DNA of 64,000 nt from NCBI RefSeq assembly GCF_009914755.1, contig NC_060925.1; one strand, given 5' to 3'. Positions 1-15,500 of this stretch are shown one piece after another (within the stretch, counting starts at the first letter, position 1; each line of letters starts with the position of its first letter). The notes under the pieces are model-generated. The model saw only the letters and a program-made list of their open reading frames with translations, was not told the DNA's origin and did no database searches. Position numbers and translations under genes: made by a program. The stretch comes from the human T2T-CHM13v2.0 reference genome, Homo sapiens.

Positions 1-331
1 CTCGAATGGAATCAACGAATGGAATGGAATGGAACAGTCAATGAACACGAATGGAATCATCATTGAATGGAATCGAATGGAATCATCGAGTGGAATCGAA
101 TGGAATTATGATCAAATGGAATCGAATGTAATCATCATCAAATGGAATCAAAAATAACCATCATCAATTGGTATTGAATGGAATTGTCATCAAATGGAAT
201 TCAAAGGAATCATCATCAAATGGAACCGAATGGAATCCTCATTGAATGGAAATGAAAGGGGTCATCGTCTCATGGAATCGCATGGAATCATCATCAAATG
301 GAATCGAATGGAATCATCATCAAATGGAATC

Positions 332-342
332 TAATGGAATCA
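332..342 (+). promoter_or_regulatory. Candidate DUX4 site TAATGGAATCA (example; at least two per canonical unit)
   Basis: Exact match to the published DUX4 consensus TAAYBBAATCA. It also occurs at 2328-2338 in segment C and polymorphically at 1863-1873. HSATII is a known DUX4 target, but binding at these copies is not shown by sequence alone. Confidence 0.45.
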
Positions 343-356
343 TTGAACAGAATTGA

Positions 357-1419
357 ATGGAATCGTCATCGAATGAATTGAATGCAATCATCGAATGGTC
401 TCGAATGGAATCATCTTCTAATGGAAAGGAATGGAATCATCGCATAGAATCGAATGGAATTATCATCGAATGGAATCGAATGGTATCAACACCAAACGGA
501 AAAAAACGGAATTATCGAATGGAATCGAAGAGAATCTTCGAACGGACCCGAATGGAATCATCTAATGGAATGGAATGGAATAATCCATGGACTCGAATGC
601 AATCATCATCGAATGGAATCGAATGGAATCATCGAATGGACTCGAATGGAATAATCATTGAACGGAATCGAATGGAATCATCATCGGATGGAAACGAATG
701 GAATCATCATCGAATGGAAATGAAAGGAGTCATCATCTAATGGAATTGCATGGAATCATCATAAAATGGAATCGAATGGAATCAACATCAAATCGAATCA
801 AACGGAATCATTGAACGGAATTGAATGGAATCGTCATCGAATGAATTGACTGCAATCATCGAATGGTCTCGAATGGAATCATCTTCAAATGGAATGGAAT
901 GGAATCATCGCATAGAATTGAATGGAATTATCACCGAAAGCAATTGAATGGAATCAACATCAAACGGAAAAAAACGGAATTATCGAATGGAATCGAAGAG
1001 AATCATCGAATGGACCCGAATGGAATCATCTAATGGAATGGAATGGAATAATCCATGGACTCGAATGCAATCATCATCGAATGGAATCGAATGGAATCAT
1101 CGAATGAACTCGAATGGAATCATCATTGAATGGAATCGAATGGAATCATCGAGTGGAATCGAATGGAATTATGATCAAATGGAATCGAATGTAATCATCA
1201 TCAAATGGAATCAAAAATAACCATCATCAATTGGTATTCAATGGAATTGTCATCAAATGGAATTCAAAGGAATCATCATCAAATGGAACCGAATGGAATC
1301 CTCATTGAATGGAAATGAAAGGGGTCATCATCTAATGGAATCACATGGAATCATCATCAAATGGAATCGAATGGAATCTTCATCAAATGGAATCTAATGG
1401 AATCATTGAACAGAATTGA
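357..1419 (+). repeat. 1063-bp truncated HSat2 unit (713-bp deletion)
   Basis: Marker spacing 357 to 1420 and EcoRI spacing 197 to 1260. The junction catcgaatg|aactcgaatggaatcatcattg at ~1103-1106 joins late subrepeat B to the distal part of segment C. Confidence 0.93.
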
Positions 1420-4400
1420 ATGGAATCGTCATCGAATGAATTGAATGCAATCATCGAATGGTCTCGAATGGAATCATCTTCTAATGGAAAGGAATGGAAT
1501 CATCGCATAGAATCGAATGGAATTATCATCGAATGGAATCGAATGGTATCAACACCAAACGTAAAAAAACGGAATTATCGAAAGGAATCGAAGAGAATCT
1601 TCGAACGGACCCGAATGGAATCATCTAATGGAATGGAATGGAATAATCCATGGACTCGAATGCAATCATCATCGAATGGAATCGAATGGAATCATCGAAT
1701 GGACTCGAATGGAATAATCATTGAACGGAATCGAATGGAATCATCATCGGATGGAAACGAATGGAATCATCATCGAATGGAAATGAAAGGAGTCATCATC
1801 TAATGCAATTGCATGGAATCATCATCAAATGGAATCGAATGGAATCAACATCAAATGGAATCTAATGGAATCATTGAACAGAATTGAATGGAATCGTCAT
1901 CGAATGAATTGACTGCAATCATCGAATGGTCTCGAATGGAATCATCTTCAAATGGAATGGAATGGAATCATCGCATAGAATCGAATGGAATTATCATCGA
2001 ATGGAATCGAATGGAATCAACATCAAACGGAAAAAAACGGAATTATCGAATGGAATCGAAGAGAATCATCGAATGGACCCGAATGGAATCATCTAATGGA
2101 ATGGAATGGAATAATCCATGGACTCGAATGCAATCATCATCGAATGGAATCGAATGGAATCATCGAATGGACTCGAATGGAATAATCATTGAACGGAATC
2201 GAATGGAATAATCATCGGATGGAAATGAATGGAATCATCATCGAATGGAATCGAATAGAATTATGGAATGAAATCCAGTGTGATCATCATCGAATGGACC
2301 CGAATGGAATCATCATCCAACGGAAGCTAATGGAATCAACATCGAATGAATCGAATGGAAACACCATCGAATTGAAACGAATGGAATTATCATGAAATTG
2401 AAATGGATGGACTCATCATCGGATGGATTCGAATGGAATCATCGAATAAAATTGATTGAAATCATCATCCAATGGAATCGAATGGTATCATTGAATGGAA
2501 TCGAATGGAATCATCATCAGATGGAAATGAATGGAATCGTCATAGAATGGAATCGAATGGATTCATTGAATGGAATCAGATGGAATCATCGAATGGACTG
2601 GAATGGAATCATTGAATGGACTCGAAAGGGATCATGATTGAATGGAATTGAATGGAATCATCGAATGGTCTCGATTGGAATCATTATCAAATGGAATCGA
2701 ATGGAATCACCGAATAGAATCGAATGGAACAATCATCGAATGGACTCAAATGGAATTATCCTCAAATGGAATCGAATGGAATTATCGAATGCAATCGAAT
2801 GGAATTATCGAATGCAATCGAATAGAATCATCGAATGGACTCGAATGGAATCATCGAATGGAATGGAATGGAACAGTCAATGAACTCGAATGGAATCATC
2901 ATTGAATGGAATCGAATGGAATCATCGAGTGGAATCGAATGGAATTATGATCAAATGCAATCGAATGTAATCCTCATCAAATGGAATCAAAAATAACCAT
3001 CATCAATTGGTATTGAATGGAATTGTCATCAAATGGAATTCAAAGGAATCATCATCAAATGGAACCGAATGGAATCCTCATTGAATGGAAATGAAAGGGG
3101 TCATCATCTAATGGAATCGCATGGAATCATCATCAAATGGAATCGAATGGAATCATCATCAAATGGAATCTAATGGAATCATTGAACAGAATTGAATGGA
3201 ATCGTCATCGAATGAATTGAATGCAATCATCGAATGGTCTCGAATGGAATCATCTTCTAATGGAAAGGAATGGAATCATCGCATAGAATCGAATGGAATT
3301 ATCATCGAATGGAATCGAATGGTATCAACACCAAACGGAAAAAAACGGAATTATCGAATGGAATCGAAGAGAATCTTCGAACGGACCCGAATGGAATCAT
3401 CTAATGGAATGGAATGGAATAATCCATGGACTCGAATGCAATCATCATCGAATGGAATGGAATGGAATCATCGAATGGACTCGAATGGAATAATCATTGA
3501 ACGGAATCGAATGGAATCATCATCGGATGGAAACGAATGGAATCATCATCGAATGGAAATGAAAGGAGTCATCATCTAATGGAATTGCATGGAATCATCA
3601 TAAAATGGAATCGAATGGAATCAACATCAAATGGAATCAAATGGAATCATTGAACGGAATTGAATGGAATCGTCATCGAATGAATTGACTGCAATCATCG
3701 AATGGTCTCGAATGGAATCATCTTCAAATGGAATGGAATGGAATCATCGCATACAATCGAATGGAATTATCATCGAATGGAATCGAATGGAATCAACATC
3801 CAACGGAAAAAAACGGAATTATCGAATGGAATCGAAGAGAATCATCGAATGGACCCGAATGGAATCATCTAATGGAATGGAATGGAATAATCCATGGACT
3901 CGAATGCAATCATCATCGAATGGAATCGAATGGAATCATCGAATGGACTCGAATGGAATAATCATTGAACGGAATCGAATGGAATCGTCATCGGATGGAA
4001 ATGAATGGAATCATCATCGAATGGAATCGAATAGAATTATGGAATGAAATCCAGTGTGATCATCATCGAATGGACCCGAATGGAATCATCATCCAACGGA
4101 AGCTAATGGAATCAACATCGAATGAATCGAATGGAAACACCATCGAATTGAAACGAATGGAATTACCATGAAATTGAAATGGATGGACTCATCATCGAAT
4201 GGATTCGAATGGAATCATCGAATAAAATTGATTGAAATCATCATCGAATGGTATCGAATGGTATCATTGAATGGAATCGAATGGAATCATCCTCAGATGG
4301 AAATGAATGGAATCGTCATAGAATGGAATCGAATGGATTCATTGAATGGAATCAGATGGAATCATCGAATGGACTGGAATGGAATCATTGAATGGACTCG

Positions 4401-7400
4401 AAAGGGATCATGATTGAATGGAATTGAATGGAATCATCGAATGGTCTCGATTGGAATCATTATCAAATGGAATCGAATGGAATCACCGAATAGAATCGAA
4501 TGGAACAATCATCGAATGGACTCAAATGGAATTATCCTCCAATGGAATCGAATGGAATTATCGAATGCAATCGAATGGAATTATCGAATGCAATCGAATA
4601 GAATCATCGAATGGACTCGAATGGAATCATCGAATGGAATGGAATGGAACAGTCAATGAACTCGAATGGAATCATCATTGAATGGAATCGAATGGAATCA
4701 TCGAGTGGAATCGAATGGAATTATGATCAAATGGAATCGAATGTAATCATCATCAAATGGAATCAAAAATAACCATCATCAATTGGTATTGAATGGAATT
4801 GTCATCAAATGGAATTCAAAGGAATCAATATCAAATGGAACCGAATGGAATCCTCATTGAATGGAAATGAAAGGGGTCATCATCTAATGGAATCGCATGG
4901 AATCATCATCAAATGGAATCGAATGGAATCATCATCAAATGGAATCTAATGGAATCATTGAACAGAATTGAATGGAATCGTCATCGAATGAATTGAATGC
5001 AATCATCGAATGGTCTCGAATGGAATCATCTTCTAATGGAAAGGAATGGAATCATCGCATAGAATCGAATGGAATTATCATCGAATGGAATCGAATGGTA
5101 TCAACACCAAACGGAAAAAAACGGAATTATCGAATGGAATCGAAGAGAATCTTCTAACGGACCCGAATGGAATCATCTAATGGAATGGAATGGAATAATC
5201 CATGGACTCGAATGCAATCATCATCGAATGGAATCGAATGGAACCATCGAATGGACTCGAATGGAATAATCATTGAACGGAATCGAATGGAATCATCATC
5301 GGATGGAAACGAATGGAATCATCATCGAATGGAAATGAAAGGAGTCATCATCTAATGGAATTGCATGGAATCATCATAAAATGGAATCGAATGGAATCAA
5401 CATCAAATGGAATCAAATGGAATCATTGAACGGAATTGAATGGAATCGTCATCGAATGAATTGACTGCAATCATCCAATGGTCTCGAATGGAATCATCTT
5501 CAAATGGAATGGAATGGAATCATCGCAGAGAATCGAATGGAATTATCATCGAATGGAATCGAATGGAATCAACATCAAACGGAAAAAAACGGAATTATCG
5601 AATGGAATCGAAGAGAATCATCGAATGGACCCGAATGGAATCATCTAATGGAATGGAATGGAATAATCCATGGACTCGAATGCAATCATCATCGAATGGA
5701 ATCGAATGGAATCATCGAATGGACTCGAATGGAATAATCATTGAACGGAATCGAATGGAATCATCATCGGATGGAAATGAATGGAATCATCATCGAATGG
5801 AATCGAATAGAATTATGGAATGAAATCCAGTGTGATCATCATCGAATGGACCCGAATGGAATCATCATCCAACGGAAGCTAATGGAATCAACATCGAATG
5901 AATCGAATGGAAACACCATCGAATTGAAACGAATGGAATTATCATGAAATTGAAATAGATGGACTCATCATCGAATGGATTCGAATGGAATCATCGAATA
6001 AAATTGATTGAAATCATCATCGAATGGAATCGAATGGTATCATTGAATGGAATCGAATGGAATCATCATCAGATGGAAATGAATGGAATCGTCATAGAAT
6101 GGAATCGAATGGATTCATTGAATGGAATCAGATGGAATCATCGAATGGACTGGAATGGAATCATTGAATGGACTCGAAAGGGATCATGATTGAATGGAAT
6201 TGAATGGAATCATCGAATGGTCTCGATTGGAATCATTATCAAATGGAATCGAATGGAATCACCGAATAGAATCGAATGGAACAATCATCGAATGGACTCA
6301 AATGGAATTATCCTCAAATGGAATCGAATGGAATTATCGAATGCAATCGAATGGAATTTTCGAATGCAATCGAATAGAATCATCGAATGGACTCGAATGG
6401 AATCATCGAATGGAATGGAATGGAACAGTCAATGAACACGAATGGAATCATCATTGAATGGAATCGAATGGAATCATCGAGTGGAATCGAATTGAATTAT
6501 GATCAAATGGAATCGAATGTAATCATCATCAAATGGAATCAAAAATAACCATCATCAATTGCTATTGAATGGAATTGTCATCAAATGGAATTCAAAGGAA
6601 TCATCATCAAATGGAACCGAATGGAATCCTCATTGAATGGAAATGAAAGGGGTCATCATCTAATGGAATCGCATGGAATCATCATCAAATGGAATCAAAT
6701 GGAATCATCATCAAATGGAATCTAATGGAATCATTGAACAGAATTGAATGGAATCGTCATCGAATGAATTGAATGCAATCATCGAATGGTCTCGAATGGA
6801 ATCATCTTCTAATGGAAAGGAATGGAATCATCGCATAGAATCGAATGGAATTATCATCGAATGGAATCGAATGGTATCAACACCAAACGGAAAAAAACGG
6901 AATTATCGAATGGAATCAAAGAGAATCTTCGAACGGACCCGAATGGAATCATCTAATGGAATGGAATGGAATAATCCATGGACTCGAATGCAATCATCAT
7001 CGAATGGAATCGAATGGAATCATCGAATGGACTCGAATGGAATAATCATTGAACGGAATCGAATGGAATCATCATCGGATGGAAACGAATGGAATCATCA
7101 TCGAATGGAAATGAAAGGAGTCATCATCTAATGCAATTGCATGGAATCATCATCAAATGGAATCGAATGGAATCAACATCAAATGGAATCTAATGGAATC
7201 ATTGAACAGAATTGAATGGAATCGTCATCGAATGAATTGACTGCAATCATCGAATGGTCTCGAATGGAATCATCTTCAAATGGAATGGAATGGAATCATC
7301 GCATAGAATCGAATGGAATTATCATCGAATGGAATCGAATGGAATCAACATCAAACGGAAAAAAACAGAATTATCGAATGGAATCGAAGAGTATCATCGC

Positions 7401-8523
7401 ATGGACCCGAATGGAATCATCTAATGGAATGGAATGGAATAATCCATGGACTCGAATGCAATCATCATCGAATGGAATCGAATGGAATCATCGAGTGGAC
7501 TCGAATGGAATAATCATTGAACGGAATCGAATGGAATCATCATCGGATGGAAATGAATGGAATCATCATCGAATGGAATCGAATAGAATTATGGAATGAA
7601 ATCCAGTGTGATCATCATCGAATGGACCCGAATGGAATCATCATCCAACGGAAGCTAATGGAATCAACATCGAATGTATCAAATGGAAACACCATCGAAT
7701 TGAAACGAATGGAATTATCATGAAATTGAAATGGATGGACTCATCATCGAATGGATTCGAATGGAATCATCGAATAAAATTGATTGAAATCATCATCGAA
7801 TGGAATCGAATGGTATCATTGAATGGAATCGAATGGAATCATCATCAGATGGAAATGAATGGAATCGTCATAGAATGGAATCGAATGGATTCATTGAATG
7901 GAATCAGATGGAATCATCGAATGGACTGGAATGGAATCATTGAATGGACTCGAAAGGGATCATGATTGAATGGAATTGAATGGAATCATCGAATGGTCTC
8001 GATTGGAATCATTATCAAATGGAATCGAATGGAATCACCGAATAGAATCGAATGGAACAATCATCGAATGGACTCAAATGGAATTATCCTCAAATGGAAT
8101 CGAATGGAATTATCGAATGCAATCTAATGGAATTATCGAATGCAATCGAATAGAATCATCGAATGGACTCGAATGGAATCATCGAATGGAATGGAATGGA
8201 ACAGTCAATGAACTCGAATGGAATCATCATTGAATGGAATCGAATGGAATCATCGAGTGGAATCGAATGGAATTATGATCAAATGCAATCGAATGTAATC
8301 CTCATCAAATGGAATCAAAAATAACCATCATCAATTGGTATTGAATGGAATTGTCATCAAATGGAATTCAAAGGAATCATCATCAAATGGAACCGAATGG
8401 AATCCTCATTGAATGGAAATGAAAGGGGTCATCATCTAATGGAATCGCATGGAATCATCATCAAATGGAATCGAATGGAATCATCATCAAATGGAATCTA
8501 ATGGAATCATTGAACAGAATTGA
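1420..8523 (+). repeat. Four canonical 1776-bp HSat2 units
   Basis: Markers at 1420, 3196, 4972, 6748 and 8524 are exactly 1776 apart. Confidence 0.95.
3061..4025 (+). repeat. Internal 468-bp tandem subrepeats A and B within the 1776-bp unit (example unit; present throughout)
   Basis: Homologous anchors at 3061 (ggaaccgaatggaatcctc), 3529 (ggaaacgaatggaatcatc) and 3997 (ggaaatgaatggaatcatc). The A and B markers are 468 bp apart (3196/3664). Diagnostic A/B differences: gaatgc/gactgc, ttctaatggaaagg/ttcaaatggaatgg, ggtatcaacacc/ggaatcaacatc, atcttcgaacgg/atcatcgaatgg. Confidence 0.95.
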
Positions 8524-9586
8524 ATGGAATCGTCATCGAATGAATTGAATGCAATCATCGAATGGTCTCGAATGGAATCATCTTCTAATGGAAAGGAATG
8601 GAATCATCGCATAGAATCGAATGGAATTATCATTGAATGGAATCGAATGGTATCAACACCAAACGGAAAAAAACGGAATTATCGAATGGAATCGAAGAGA
8701 ATCTTCGAACGGACCCGAATGGAATCATCTAATGGAATGGAATGGAATAATCCATGGACTCGAATGCAATCATCATCGAATGGAATCGAATGGAATCATC
8801 GAATGGACACGAATGGAATAATCATTGAACGGAATCGAATGGAATCATCATCGGATGGAAACGAATGGAATCATCATCGAATGGAAATGAAAGGAGTCAT
8901 CATCTAATGGAATTCCATGGAATCATCATAAAATGGAATCGAATGGAATCAACATCAAATCGAATCAAACGGAATCATTGAACAGAATTGAATGGAATCG
9001 TCATCGAATGAATTGACTGCAATCATCGAATGGTCTCGAATGGAATCATCTTCAAATGGAATGGAATGGAATCATCGCATAGAATCGAATGGAATTATCA
9101 CCGAATGGAATCGAATGGAATCAACATCAAACGGAAAAAAACGGAATTATCGAATGGAATCGAAGAGAATCATCGAATGGACCCGAATGGAATCATCTAA
9201 TGGAATGGAATGGAATAATCCATGGACTCGAATGCAATCATCATCGAATGGAATCGAATGGAATCATCGAATGAACTCGAATGGAATCATCATTGAATGG
9301 AATCGAATGGAATCATCGAGTGGAATCGAATGGAATTATGATCAAATGGAATCGAATGTAATCATCATCAAATGGAATCAAAAATAACCATCATCAATTG
9401 GTATTGAATGGAATTGTCATCAAATGGAATTCAAAGGAATCATCATCAAATGGAACCGAATGGAATCCTCATTGAATGGAAATGAAAGGGGTCATCATCT
9501 AATGGAATCGCATGGAATCATCATCAAATGGAATCGAATGGAATCATCATCAAATGGAATCTAATGGAATCATTGAACAGAATTGA
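8524..9586 (+). repeat. 1063-bp truncated HSat2 unit (same 713-bp deletion)
   Basis: Spacing 8524 to 9587. The identical junction lies at ~9270-9273. Confidence 0.93.
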
Positions 9587-12500
9587 ATGGAATCGTCATC
9601 GAATGAATTGAATGCAATCATCGAATGGTCTCGAATGGAATCATCTTCTAATGGAAAGGAATGGAATCATCGCATAGAATCGAATGGAATTATCATCGAA
9701 TGGAATCGAATGGTATCAACACCAAACGGAAAAAAACGGAATTATCGAATGGAATCGAAGAGAATCTTCGAACGGACCCGAATGGAATCATCTAATGGAA
9801 TGGAATGGAATAATCCATGGACTCGAATGCAATCATCATCGAATGGAATCGAATGGAATCATCGAATGGACTCGAATGGAATAATCATTGAAAGGAATCG
9901 AATGGAATCATCATCGGATGGAAACGAATGGAATCATCATCGAATGGAAATGAAAGGAGTCATCATCTAATGCAATTGCATGGAATCATCATCAAACGGA
10001 ATCGAATGGAATCAACATCAAATGGAATCTAATGGAATCATTGAACAGAATTGAATGGAATCGTCATCGAATGAATTGACTGCAATCATCGAATGGTCTC
10101 GAATGGAATCATCTTCAAATGGAATGGAATGGAATCATCGCATAGAATCGAATGGAATTATCATCGAATGGAATCGAATGGAATCAACATCAAACGGAAA
10201 AAAACGGAATTATCGAATGGAATCGAAGAGAATCATCGAATGGACCCGAATGGAATCATCTAATGGAATGGAATGGAATAATCCATGGACTCGAATGCAA
10301 TCATCATCGAATGGAATCGAATGGAATCATCGAGTGGACTCGAATGGAATAATCATTGAACGGAATCGAATGGAATCATCATCGGATGGAAATGAATGGA
10401 ATCATCATCGAATGGAATCGAATAGAATTATGGAATGAAATCCAGTGTGATCATCATCGAATGGACCCGAATGGAATCATCATCCAACGGAAGCTAATGG
10501 AATCAACATCGAATGAATCAAATGGAAACACCATCGAATTGAAACGAATGGAATTATCATGAAATTGAAATGGATGGACTCATCATCGAATGGATTCGAA
10601 TGGAATCATCGAATAAAATTGATTGAAATCATCATCGAATGGAATCGAATGGTATCATTGAATGGAATCGAATGGAATCATCATCAGATGGAAATGAATG
10701 GAATCGTCATAGAATGGAATCGAATGGATTCATTGAATGGAATCAGATGGAATCATCGAATGGACTGGAATGGAATCATTTAATGGACTCGAAAGGGATC
10801 ATGATTGAATGGAATTGAATGGAATCATCGAATGGTCTCGATTGGAATCATTATCAAATGGAATCGAATGGAATCACCGAATAGAATCGAATGGAACAAT
10901 CATCGAATGGACTCAAATGGAATTATCCTCAAATGGAATCGAATGGAATTATCGAATGCAATCGAATGGAATTATCGAATGCAATCGAATAGAATCATCG
11001 AATGGACTCGAATGGAATCATCGAATGGAATGGAATGGAACAGTCAATGAACTCGAATGGAATCATCATTGAATGGAATCGAATGGAATCATCAAGTGGA
11101 ATCGAATGGAATTATGATCAAATGGAATCGAATGTAATCATCATCAAATGGAATCAAAAATAACCATCATCAATTGGTATTGAATGGAATTGTCATCAAA
11201 TGGAATTCAAAGGAATCATCATCAAATGGAACCGAATGGAATCCTCATTGAATGGAAATGAAAGGGGTCATCATCTAATGGAATCGCATGGAATCATCAT
11301 CAAATGGAATCGAATGGAATCATCATCAAATGGAATCTAATGGAATCATTGAACAGAATTGAATGGAATCGTCATCGAATGAATTGAATGCAATCATCGA
11401 ATGGTCTCGAATGGAATCATCTTCTAATGGAAAGGAATGGAATCATCGCATAGAATCGAATGGAATTATCATCGAATGGAATTGAATGGTATCAACACCA
11501 AACGGAAAAAAACGGAATTATCGAATGGAATCGAAGAGAATCTTCGAACGGACCCGAATGGAATCATCTAATGGAATGGAATGGAATAATCCATGGACTC
11601 GAATGCAATCATCATCGAATGGAATCGAATGGAATCATCGAATGGACTCGAATGGAATAATCATTGAACGGAATCGAATGGAATCATCATCGGATGGAAA
11701 CGAATGGAATCATCATCGAATGGAAATGAAAGGAGTCATCATCTAATGGAATTGCATGGAATCATCATAAAATGGAATCGAATGGAATCAACATCAAATG
11801 GAATCAAATGGAATCATTGAACGGAATTGAATGGAATCGTCATCGAATGAATTGACTGCAATCATCGAATGGTCTCGAATGGAATCATCTTCAAATGGAA
11901 TGGAATGGAATCATTGCATAGAATTGAATGGAATTATCATCGAATGGAATGGAATGGAATCAACATCAAACGGAAAAAAACGGAATTATCGAATGGAATC
12001 GAACAGAATCATCGAATGGACCCGAATGGAATCATCTAATGGAATGGAATGGAATAATCCATGGACTCGAATGCAATCATCATCCAATGGAATCGAATGG
12101 AATCATCGAATGGACTCGAATGGAATAATCATTGAACGGAATCGAATGGAATCATCATCGGATGGAAATGAATGGAATCATCATCGAATGGAATCGAATA
12201 GAATTATGGAATGAAATCCAGTGTGATCATCATCGAATGGACCCGAATGGAATCATCATCCAACGGAAGCTAATGGAATCAACATCGAATGAATCGAATG
12301 GAAACACCATCGAATTGAAACGAATGGAATTATCATGAAATTGAAATGGAAGGACTCATCATCGAATGGATTCGAATGGAATCATCGAATAAAATTGATT
12401 GAAATCATCATCGAATGGAATCGAATGGTATCATTGAATGGAATCGAATGGAATCATAATCAGATGGAAATGAATGGAATCGTCATAGAATGGAATCGAA

Positions 12501-15500
12501 TGGATTCATTGAATGGAATCAGATGGAATCATCGAATGGACTGGAATGGAATCATTGAATGGACTTGAAAGGGATCATGATTGAATGGAATTGAATGGAA
12601 TCATCGAATGGTCTCGATTGGAATCATTATCAAATGGAATCGAATGGAATCACCGAATAGAATCGAATGGAACAATCATCGAATGGACTCAAATGGAATT
12701 ATCCTCAAATGGAATCAAATGGAATTATCGAATGCAATCGAATGGAATTATCGAATGCAATCGAATAGAATCATCGAATGGACTCGAATGGAATCATCGA
12801 ATGGAATGGAATGGAACAGTCAATGAACACGAATGGAATCATCATTGAATGGAATCGAATGGAATCATCGAGTGGAATCGAATGGAATTATGATCAAATG
12901 GAATCGAATGTAATCATCATCAAATGGAATCAAAAATAACCATCATCAATTGGTATTGAATGGAATTGTCATCAAATGGAATTCAAAGGAATCATCATCA
13001 AATGGAACCGAATGGAATCCTCATTGAATGGAAATGAAAGGGGTCATCGTCTTATGGAATCGCATGGAATCATCATCAAATGGAATCGAATGGAATCATC
13101 ATCAAATGGAATCTAATGGAATCATTGAACAGAATTGAATGGAATCGTCATCGAATGAATTGAATGCAATCATCGAATGGTCTCGAATGGAATCATCTTC
13201 TAATGGAAAGGAATGGAATCATCGCATAGAATCGAATGGAATTATCATCGAATGGAATCGAATGGTATCAACACCAAACGGAAAAAAACGGAATTATCGA
13301 ATGGAATCGAAGAGAATCTTCGAACGGACCCGAATGGAATCATCTAATGGAATGGAATGGAATAATCCATGGACTCGAATGCAATCATCATCGAATGGAA
13401 TCGAATGGAATCATCGAATGGACTCGAATGGAATAATCATTGAAAGGAATCGAATGGAATCATCATCGGATGGAAACGAATGGAATCATCATCGAATGGA
13501 AATGAAAGGAGTCATCATCTAATGCAATTGCATGGAATCATCATCAAATGGAATCGAATGGAATCAACATCAAATGGAATCTAATGGAATCATTGAACAG
13601 AATTGAATGGAATCGTCATCGAATGAATTGACTGCAATCATCGAATGGTCTCGAATGGAATCATCTTCAAATGGAATGGAATGGAATCATCGCATAGAAT
13701 CGAATGGAATTATCATCGAATGGAATCGAATGGAATCAACATCAAACGGAAAAAAACGGAATTATCGAATGGAATCGAAGAGAATCATCGAATGGACCCG
13801 AATGGAATCATCTAATGGAATGGAATGGAATAATCCATGGACTCGAATGCAATCATCATCGAATGGAATCGAATGGAATCATCGAGTGGACTCGAATGGA
13901 ATAATCATTGAACGGAATCGAATGGAATCATCATCGGATGGAAATGAATGGAATCATCATCGAATGGAATCGAATAGAATTATGGAATTAAATCCAGTGT
14001 GATCATCATCGAATGGACCCGAATGGAATCATCATCCAACGGAAGCTAATGGAATCAACATCGAATGAATCAAATGGAAACACCATCGAATTGAAACGAA
14101 TGGAATTATCATGAAATTGAAATGGATGGACTCATCATCGAATGGATTCGAATGGAATCATCGAATAAAATTGATTGAAATCATCATCGAATGGAATCGA
14201 ATGGTATCATTGAATGGAATCGAATGGAATCATCATCAGATGGAAATGAATGGAATCGTCATAGAATGGAATCGAATGGATTCATTGAATGGAATCAGAT
14301 GGAATCATCGAATGGACTGGAATGGAATCATTGAATGGACTCGAAAGGGATCATGATTGAATGGAATTGAATGGAATCATCGAATGGTCTCGATTGGAAT
14401 CATTATCAAATGGAATCGAATGGAATCACCGAATAGAATCGAATGGAACAATCATCGAATGGACTCAAATGGAATTATCCTCAAATGGAATCGAATGGAA
14501 TTATCGAATGCAATCGAATGGAATTATCGAATGCAATCGAATAGAATCATCGAATGGACTCGAATGGAATCATCGAATGGAATGGAATGGAACAGTCAAT
14601 GAACTCGAATGGAATCATCATTGAATGGAATCGAATGGAATCATCGAGTGGAATCGAATGGAATTATGATCAAATGGAATCGAATGTAATCATCATCAAA
14701 TGGAATCAAAAATAACCATCATCAATTGGTATTGAATGGAATTGTCATCAAATGGAATTCAAGGGAATCATCATCAAATGGAACCGAATGGAATCCTCAT
14801 TGAATGGAAATGAAAGGGGTCATCATCTAATGGAATCGCATGGAATCATCATCAAATGGAATCGAATGGAATCATCATCAAATGGAATCTAATGGAATCA
14901 TTGAACAGAATTGAATGGAATCGTCATCGAATGAATTGAATGCAATCATCGAATGGTCTCGAATGGAATCATCTTCTAATGGAAAGGAATGGAATCATCG
15001 CATAGAATCGAATGGAATTATCATCGAATGGAATCGAATGGTATCAACACCAAACGGAAAAAAACGGAATTATCGAATGGAATTGAAGAGAATCTTCGAA
15101 CGGACCCGAATGGAATCATCTAATGGAATGGAATGGAATAATCCATGGACTCGAATGCAATCATCATCGAATGGAATCGAATGGAATCATCGAATGGACT
15201 CGAATGGAATAATCATTGAACGGAATCGAATGGAATCATCATCGGATGGAAACGAATGGAATCATCATCGAATGGAAATGAAAGGAGTCATCATCTAATG
15301 GAATTGCATGGAATCATCATAAAATGGAATCGAATGGAATCAACATCAAATGGAATCAAATGGAATCATTGAACGGAATTGAATGGAATCGTCATCGAAT
15401 GAATTGACTGCAATCATCGAATGGTCTCGAATGGAATCATCTTCAAATGGAATGGAATGGAATCATCGCATAGAATCGAATGGAATTATCATCGAATGGA

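Noticed and set aside
495-512. A7 tract (cggaaaaaaacgg) as a poly(A) remnant or Pol III terminator on the minus strand
   Set aside because: It is an integral part of the subrepeat and aligns to ggaatcaagcgg in the divergent block. No A/B-box promoter is recognisable.
2447-2455. AATAAA once per unit (cgaataaaattg) as a polyadenylation signal
   Set aside because: A hexamer match is expected by chance in this A-rich sequence. There is no downstream GU-rich element and no transcript evidence.
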